NCBI GenBank assembly: GCA_003485765.1
Contig: DNHS01000056.1
Span: forward strand, 8,064-72,063
Reading direction: 5' to 3'
DNA: 64,000 nt
Origin: Candidatus Omnitrophota bacterium
Lineage (GTDB): Bacteria > Omnitrophota > Gorgyraeia > Gorgyraeales > Gorgyraeaceae
Part shown: positions 58,776 to 64,000 of the stretch, one piece after another
Layout of the letters: each line of letters begins with the position of its first letter
Position numbering within the stretch: the stretch's first letter is position 1
Position numbers and translations under genes: made by a program
The notes under the pieces: model-generated
The model's database searches: none
The model's input: the letters and a program-made list of their open reading frames with translations, nothing else
What the model was told of the DNA's origin: nothing

Positions 58776-61700
58776 TTACCTTCTAAAGGTTAAATTCTCA
58801 GATTGTTCTGAAGCTAAGACCTCTATAGCAGCTTTATCTCCGTGCAAAGCCAGGGCCTTACCAATAATAGGGAATACAGTGCAAACTAGCCAGCATGAAC
58901 ACTTACCAGAATCTATAAAATCTCTTACCTCACAAGCCTTGTTAGAATCCCATATATAGTCCATCTTATTATCTCTTATATTTCCTATTGTTTTTTCTTT
59001 TAAAAGCGGGCAGAAAAACATATTTCCATAAGGATCGAGCATTACAAATTTAAATCCGGCATTGCAATCATAAGCAAATCTGCTTTTTGTCTTTTGGAAA
59101 TCTACAAGATGGGACCAGTAATATATTTTAGTGAAAAGATTTATTTTACCCCTCACCGTAGACATATTATTATAAAAATCCTCCGGGCTAGAAACCTTTC
59201 TGATAATGCGTTCCAGTATTTGCCCGATATGGCCCTCTATTCTTTCAAGATCTTTATTGCTCCATTTAAATACCTCGCTTTGCCTGGACTCTTTTGGCAC
59301 CCCAAACTGGGCAAAAAAATCAATGCCATTTTTATCAGCAAATTCCCAGCAAGGCACCAGCTGATCCGTATTAAAAGGCGTCAAAACAAAAGTAAGACTA
59401 AAACGCACTTCCGGAAGCTCTTTCTTAAAGAATTCTAATGTTTTCACAAAACCGCTGAATCCGCCATCAACGCCCCTTATCTTGTCGTAAGCATCTCCAA
59501 GCCCATCAAGAGAGCTTCCTATCCATATAGCATTTGTTTTGATCTTTTTAAGAATCTGCTTCATTTTCGAAACTATGACTTCTGTATTTATGCCATTTGT
59601 AAGAATTCCTAAAGATGCTTGCGGCAGCGTATCTTTTATCGCAAAACATATATCTACAAAATCAGGCCTAAGAAAGGGTTCTCCTCCGGACAGGACAACG
59701 GTCTTTATGCCCTTTAACGCATTTGAACCTGATAAAAGTTTCTTGATATCATCTAGAGAAATTTCATCTTTTACGCTTTTGCCTGTTCTTTTATGAATGT
59801 CCCAGATATCGCATGTAATGCACTTGCTGTTGCATAAATGAGTAAGTTCGACATGCAATTCTTCCGGTTTCATATTAATATCCTTAGAATATTCTTTATT
59901 CAAATAATCAAGAGACAGTTTTATAATATCGTCTGTTTTTTTAACAATATCTTTCATGATGCTATCTGAAGACGGTAAACGCTTATCCGCGCCAACAGGC
60001 TTGATAACAGAACCTTCGGGCCTTATTGCAATTCTATCTATTTCCATAACATCAGCGTAAATGTTGTCTAATTTTTGGACTACCTTATTCCAGTCATATT
60101 TTTCCTCTACAAGAAGTCTTGCTTGCCTGGCTATTCTTTTATACAATGCGTCATTATTGAAAAGCTCTGTTACATATCTTGCAAAATCTTTGGGTTTGTC
60201 AGATATTAAAATATTAAAGCCGTTTTCCGCATCTATCCCGCAAGAGCCTCGCGTTGTAGATACAACAGGTGTCCCTGTAGCCATAGCTTCCAATATCTTG
60301 CCCTTTATCCCTGCGCCTACCCTGGAAGCGCATACGAACAGAGAGGCATTATGAAGATATGGCTTAACGTCAGGCACATCACCTATGACTTCTACGCCTT
60401 TGATGCTTGAAAGCCTCAGCACATTTTCAGTAGGTCCTGACCCTACAAGCTTAACAGTTGCTTCCGGGATTAATTTTTTTATCAAAGGAAAGATTTTACG
60501 GCAGAAATATACAGCTGCTTCCTCATTTGGATAATGAGGGTAGTGTCCGACAAATATCAGAGATTTATCTCTACCTGTCTTATCTTTAAATTCAAAATGC
60601 TCGATATCTACTCCTGTAGGCACATAAGAAAAGTCTGAATTAGGAGAAAATACCCTGACTACGCGCATATCTTCTTTTGATAAAACAATTATTTTATCGA
60701 GATTTTTATAAAAAGAGTTGTGGCTATGTACGATTTTCATGTAATCTATTATACCCGGTAAAACATATCTCGTATTTTTTTTATAATAAGACTTATGCGG
60801 CGACAGTATGCTGATATCGTGCTCGGTATATACGATGGGAATATGCTTGACAAATCTGGTAAGGTACAAAAGCTCGTTTGATTCTATGTGGGCAAGATCT
60901 ATGGAAAGCCTGCCTTGAATTTCATTTAATTTCTCTATTAAGAAACTGCTGAACGAATGCCTGTAGCGGTTTGGAAATAAAAATTCATTAACCTTAGTTT
61001 GCCTATCTATTAAATGTATTTCTTTGAAAATATCTTTCATGGAATTAGACTTAGCGTATTCTGAATCTTTTTCATGATGCGCGAGAGACAGGAGCACTAT
61101 ATCGTAGTTTTTAGACAGGCGCTTGTATAAGTTATACATCCTTATCTTCCCTCCGCTATTAAGCGGATATGGTATAAAAGGCGTTATTAAAAGAACTGTC
61201 TTCTTATCAGAATGTACAAAGTTATTGCGCATAAAATTCCTGTAGTAAAGCAAGCTTCTGTCTAAAACCCTCTTATCTTTTACTTCAGCATATCTGAATT
61301 CCTTAAACCTATTAACTAAAGCAGGTATTATATAATTTAATGCCCAGACATACCCTATTAAAAATGTTAACCTTGTGCTATGGCGCCCTTTTAATAAAAA
61401 TTTTGGCAAATTATTAAAGTGGCTTAAGACCATGTTATTATCCCTTAGATTCTTCCACATAAACAACAGTTCATTCTTTATTTCTTTATGCCTTACATAA
61501 TTCAGCGTGGCCGCGCCTTTATGATACATTATGCTGTTCGGTTCATATAAAACTTTCAATCCTCTTTTTTGCGCCCTGTATGAAACATCTATATCCTCCC
61601 AGCAATTAGGCCTGTATATGTCGTCAAAACCCCCCATCCATAAAAAATCTTTCTTGCGGAAACACATTGCGCCTCCTACAGCGAAAACTGTAGGGGAAGT

Positions 61701-63722
61701 CTGCGATACCTTATCGCTATTGCCTGTCTCAGCCTCATTCCACAGATTAAGATAGCCATCCTTAAATTTCCCCATATGCATTCCATAATTAAAACTCTTC
61801 ATGTCCCAATAATAAAGCTTCGGAGATACAGCAAATACTTCTGGATCTTTAAAATGCGCTTTCAGAGGGTCCAGGAATCCCCTTGAGACCATAATATCAT
61901 TATTTAATAAAACTATGAGTTCCCCTTTAGCTTCTCTGACGCCTCTATTGCATGTTTTCCCAAATCCCTGGTTGCCCCTATTTCTGATTACTCTAACCTT
62001 AGGAAAATCATCTTTGATGACCATAGCTATACTCTGGCTGCTGGCATCATCTACCACTAAAATCTCATATCCGTCTTCCTTAAAGCCATCCGCTTCACAT
62101 AAAGAAGACAGGCATTTTTTAAGAAAATTCAGGCCATTCCAATTAGGTATAACTACACTTACAGTTAAATTATCAAAATGCACTATTTCTCTTTTTTTTC
62201 TAAAATAACGCGATAATTTTCCAAAAAATAATTCCAAAGATACCTCTAAAGTAAAAAGCAGAGCATGAGCTAATAATATCGGGCTTATAAAAAAAATCAT
62301 GGCTGTCCAGACAAGAACAGCCGCCTTTTTTGCTGCATACTTTAATGTAGCCCGCATATGCCACATAATCTTCCATAGCGGGCTCAATATAAACCTATAT
62401 CCTTCGGAATTATATATGCCTAATAATTGTTTCCGAGCCTCATCTAGTTTACTTGTAACATTATTTAGCTGGCTAGTTTTATCTAGTATAATATCATCTT
62501 TAGCAGTTCCTTCATCTAGACTTATCTTCAATTTATCTGTCAGCTTAGATATTTCTTCTTTGTAAGCGCCAAGCTCTTCTTTAATGGCAAGTACTTCTTC
62601 GGAAAGCTGCTTTATTTTGTGTTCTTTTTCCTGAATGATATTCTCTTTGTCATGTAAATTACTAGATAAACTAGATATTTGCTTTTTATCTAATTCTATA
62701 TCTTTTTGATATTTTTCCTCCTGCATTTTACACCAATTTCTATCTTTTTTTGTTCCTATTAAATCGTCCAAAAGACTTTTTAATTCCATTTCCATCTTTT
62801 TATTTTCATAATTTGTAATATTTTTAAGCTCTTCGAATAAATCTTTTATTATGCCATCGCTTATTAATCGGCCGTGTTCTTTGAGCAATTTCAGGAATAC
62901 TTGCGCCGTTAAATCAAAAAATCTGCCGCTATTTAAATTATCTTTGTTTGCAATAAAATAACTATTCCCGATTAACGACTTTGCAAGCTTGTCCGGATAA
63001 TGTTTAGCTATGAACAATAACCTATTCTTTTCTATTGCTTCGCGCGAAAATTCTTCATTACAGCTTCCATGTTTTTTATGATAAGCTACGCTTGAGGGAG
63101 CAAATATAAGCCTCCAGCCTTTTTTTCTAAATCTAATAGACATATCCACATCTTCTCCAAACATCAAAAAATCTTCATCAAATAAGCCTATGTCTCGTAA
63201 TGCTGATTTTCTGTAAAGAACGCTTGCCCCGCACACAGCCTCTAGATCTGTCACGTAGTTGAATTCCTTTGGTTTTTTGCCAGCGCCCCTCTCGTCCCAA
63301 TAAAAATTAGGCAGTTCATACAGGCCTGCATTCTGAATAAGCCCGCTCTTCTCCAGCAGCATGCTAGACACGGCGCCTACAGATCTGTCTTTTTCTATCG
63401 GTTTAACCAGTTCTGAAAGCCAGCCTTTTTTAACCACAACATCATTATTCAATAAAACGACGTAGCTTCCTCTTGACTCTAAAATACCAAGATTACATGC
63501 CTGGCAGTAATTATTCTGCCTATTTTCTATGACCTTCACCTTTTTATACTTATGTTTGATAAATTTTACAGAATCGTCCGTAGAGGCATTATCAACAACT
63601 ATGATTTCTAGCCTTGCTTTAGGATACCCTGTTTTCCATAACGAATCCAAGCATCTTTTTATAAGCTTCTTATTATTAAAATGCACGATAACTATGCTGA
63701 CAAAAGGGCTTTTAATGGCCAT
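58776..63722 (-). CDS. Multidomain GT2-coiled coil-TM-GT2-GT4-radical SAM fusion protein
   Basis: Two GT2 motif sets (VDNASTD/LNND/EDVD and VDDAS/LNND/EDID), K/E/L heptad region, GT4 (KGKILEAMATG), CNSKCITC plus GGEP plus C-terminal Cys cluster. Confidence 0.88.
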   Translation of the reverse strand: MAIKSPFVSIVIVHFNNKKLIKRCLDSLWKTGYPKARLEIIVVDNASTDDSVKFIKHKYKKVKVIENRQNNYCQACNLGILESRGSYVVLLNNDVVVKKGWLSELVKPIEKDRSVGAVSSMLLEKSGLIQNAGLYELPNFYWDERGAGKKPKEFNYVTDLEAVCGASVLYRKSALRDIGLFDEDFLMFGEDVDMSIRFRKKGWRLIFAPSSVAYHKKHGSCNEEFSREAIEKNRLLFIAKHYPDKLAKSLIGNSYFIANKDNLNSGRFFDLTAQVFLKLLKEHGRLISDGIIKDLFEELKNITNYENKKMEMELKSLLDDLIGTKKDRNWCKMQEEKYQKDIELDKKQISSLSSNLHDKENIIQEKEHKIKQLSEEVLAIKEELGAYKEEISKLTDKLKISLDEGTAKDDIILDKTSQLNNVTSKLDEARKQLLGIYNSEGYRFILSPLWKIMWHMRATLKYAAKKAAVLVWTAMIFFISPILLAHALLFTLEVSLELFFGKLSRYFRKKREIVHFDNLTVSVVIPNWNGLNFLKKCLSSLCEADGFKEDGYEILVVDDASSQSIAMVIKDDFPKVRVIRNRGNQGFGKTCNRGVREAKGELIVLLNNDIMVSRGFLDPLKAHFKDPEVFAVSPKLYYWDMKSFNYGMHMGKFKDGYLNLWNEAETGNSDKVSQTSPTVFAVGGAMCFRKKDFLWMGGFDDIYRPNCWEDIDVSYRAQKRGLKVLYEPNSIMYHKGAATLNYVRHKEIKNELLFMWKNLRDNNMVLSHFNNLPKFLLKGRHSTRLTFLIGYVWALNYIIPALVNRFKEFRYAEVKDKRVLDRSLLYYRNFMRNNFVHSDKKTVLLITPFIPYPLNSGGKIRMYNLYKRLSKNYDIVLLSLAHHEKDSEYAKSNSMKDIFKEIHLIDRQTKVNEFLFPNRYRHSFSSFLIEKLNEIQGRLSIDLAHIESNELLYLTRFVKHIPIVYTEHDISILSPHKSYYKKNTRYVLPGIIDYMKIVHSHNSFYKNLDKIIVLSKEDMRVVRVFSPNSDFSYVPTGVDIEHFEFKDKTGRDKSLIFVGHYPHYPNEEAAVYFCRKIFPLIKKLIPEATVKLVGSGPTENVLRLSSIKGVEVIGDVPDVKPYLHNASLFVCASRVGAGIKGKILEAMATGTPVVSTTRGSCGIDAENGFNILISDKPKDFARYVTELFNNDALYKRIARQARLLVEEKYDWNKVVQKLDNIYADVMEIDRIAIRPEGSVIKPVGADKRLPSSDSIMKDIVKKTDDIIKLSLDYLNKEYSKDINMKPEELHVELTHLCNSKCITCDIWDIHKRTGKSVKDEISLDDIKKLLSGSNALKGIKTVVLSGGEPFLRPDFVDICFAIKDTLPQASLGILTNGINTEVIVSKMKQILKKIKTNAIWIGSSLDGLGDAYDKIRGVDGGFSGFVKTLEFFKKELPEVRFSLTFVLTPFNTDQLVPCWEFADKNGIDFFAQFGVPKESRQSEVFKWSNKDLERIEGHIGQILERIIRKVSSPEDFYNNMSTVRGKINLFTKIYYWSHLVDFQKTKSRFAYDCNAGFKFVMLDPYGNMFFCPLLKEKTIGNIRDNKMDYIWDSNKACEVRDFIDSGKCSCWLVCTVFPIIGKALALHGDKAAIEVLASEQSENLTFRR

Positions 63723-64000
63723 TAGGACTTCCTCCTTTTGAAATGAGCCAATCCCAGCTATGTTCTAAATACACTGCGCCATGATATTGTCCATGCAGTT
63801 TTCAATAATTTTCTCTGTTGTAATTTACAATAATTACTGATATTATAGTCTTATTATATCATGGAAAATAAAAATTCTAAAGCGTTATCATCCCTTATTT
63901 TCATTCCCTTATTATCCCTGCTTTTTATCAGGCCTTTTGTTTCAGGGCTTTCATACCCTGTATTTGAATTCTGGTATGAAATTTTAATAACCCTCCTTGG

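Overview
Bacterial chromosome segment, almost entirely on the minus strand. Gene content and style suggest an uncultured anaerobe, possibly Ca. Omnitrophota (PVC); this is inference only. About 1-47 kb is housekeeping: partial tuf, five tRNAs, nnrD-acpS-pdxJ, cdaA, folP, ftsH, tilS, larE, mnmA, coaX, birA, uvrB, nadC, valS, cimA, lysC, trp and his genes, alaS, recA, cinA-thpR, pgpA-pgsA-rimO-rodZ-ftsK-uppP, pnp-rpsO. This part carries several families of small palindromic or structured repeats. Some sit in frame inside essential genes (mnmA, hisH, alaS, valS), and two larger covarying stem-loop elements are nested at one locus and tandem at another. 47-53 kb is the main discovery: a RiPP-like cluster with a 47-aa precursor missing from the ORF track (51516..51659, two lasso-type leader motifs and an (x-Ser-Cys)4 core). 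It comes with two PqqD/RRE proteins, a radical SAM/SPASM enzyme, an HprK-like kinase, a GT4 glycosyltransferase, a lasso B2-type protease and a nucleotidyltransferase, but no lasso cyclase in the window. 53-64 kb is a surface-polysaccharide locus that includes a 1648-aa GT2-coiled coil-GT2-GT4-radical SAM fusion. All calls come from reading motifs by eye; no database searches were run.
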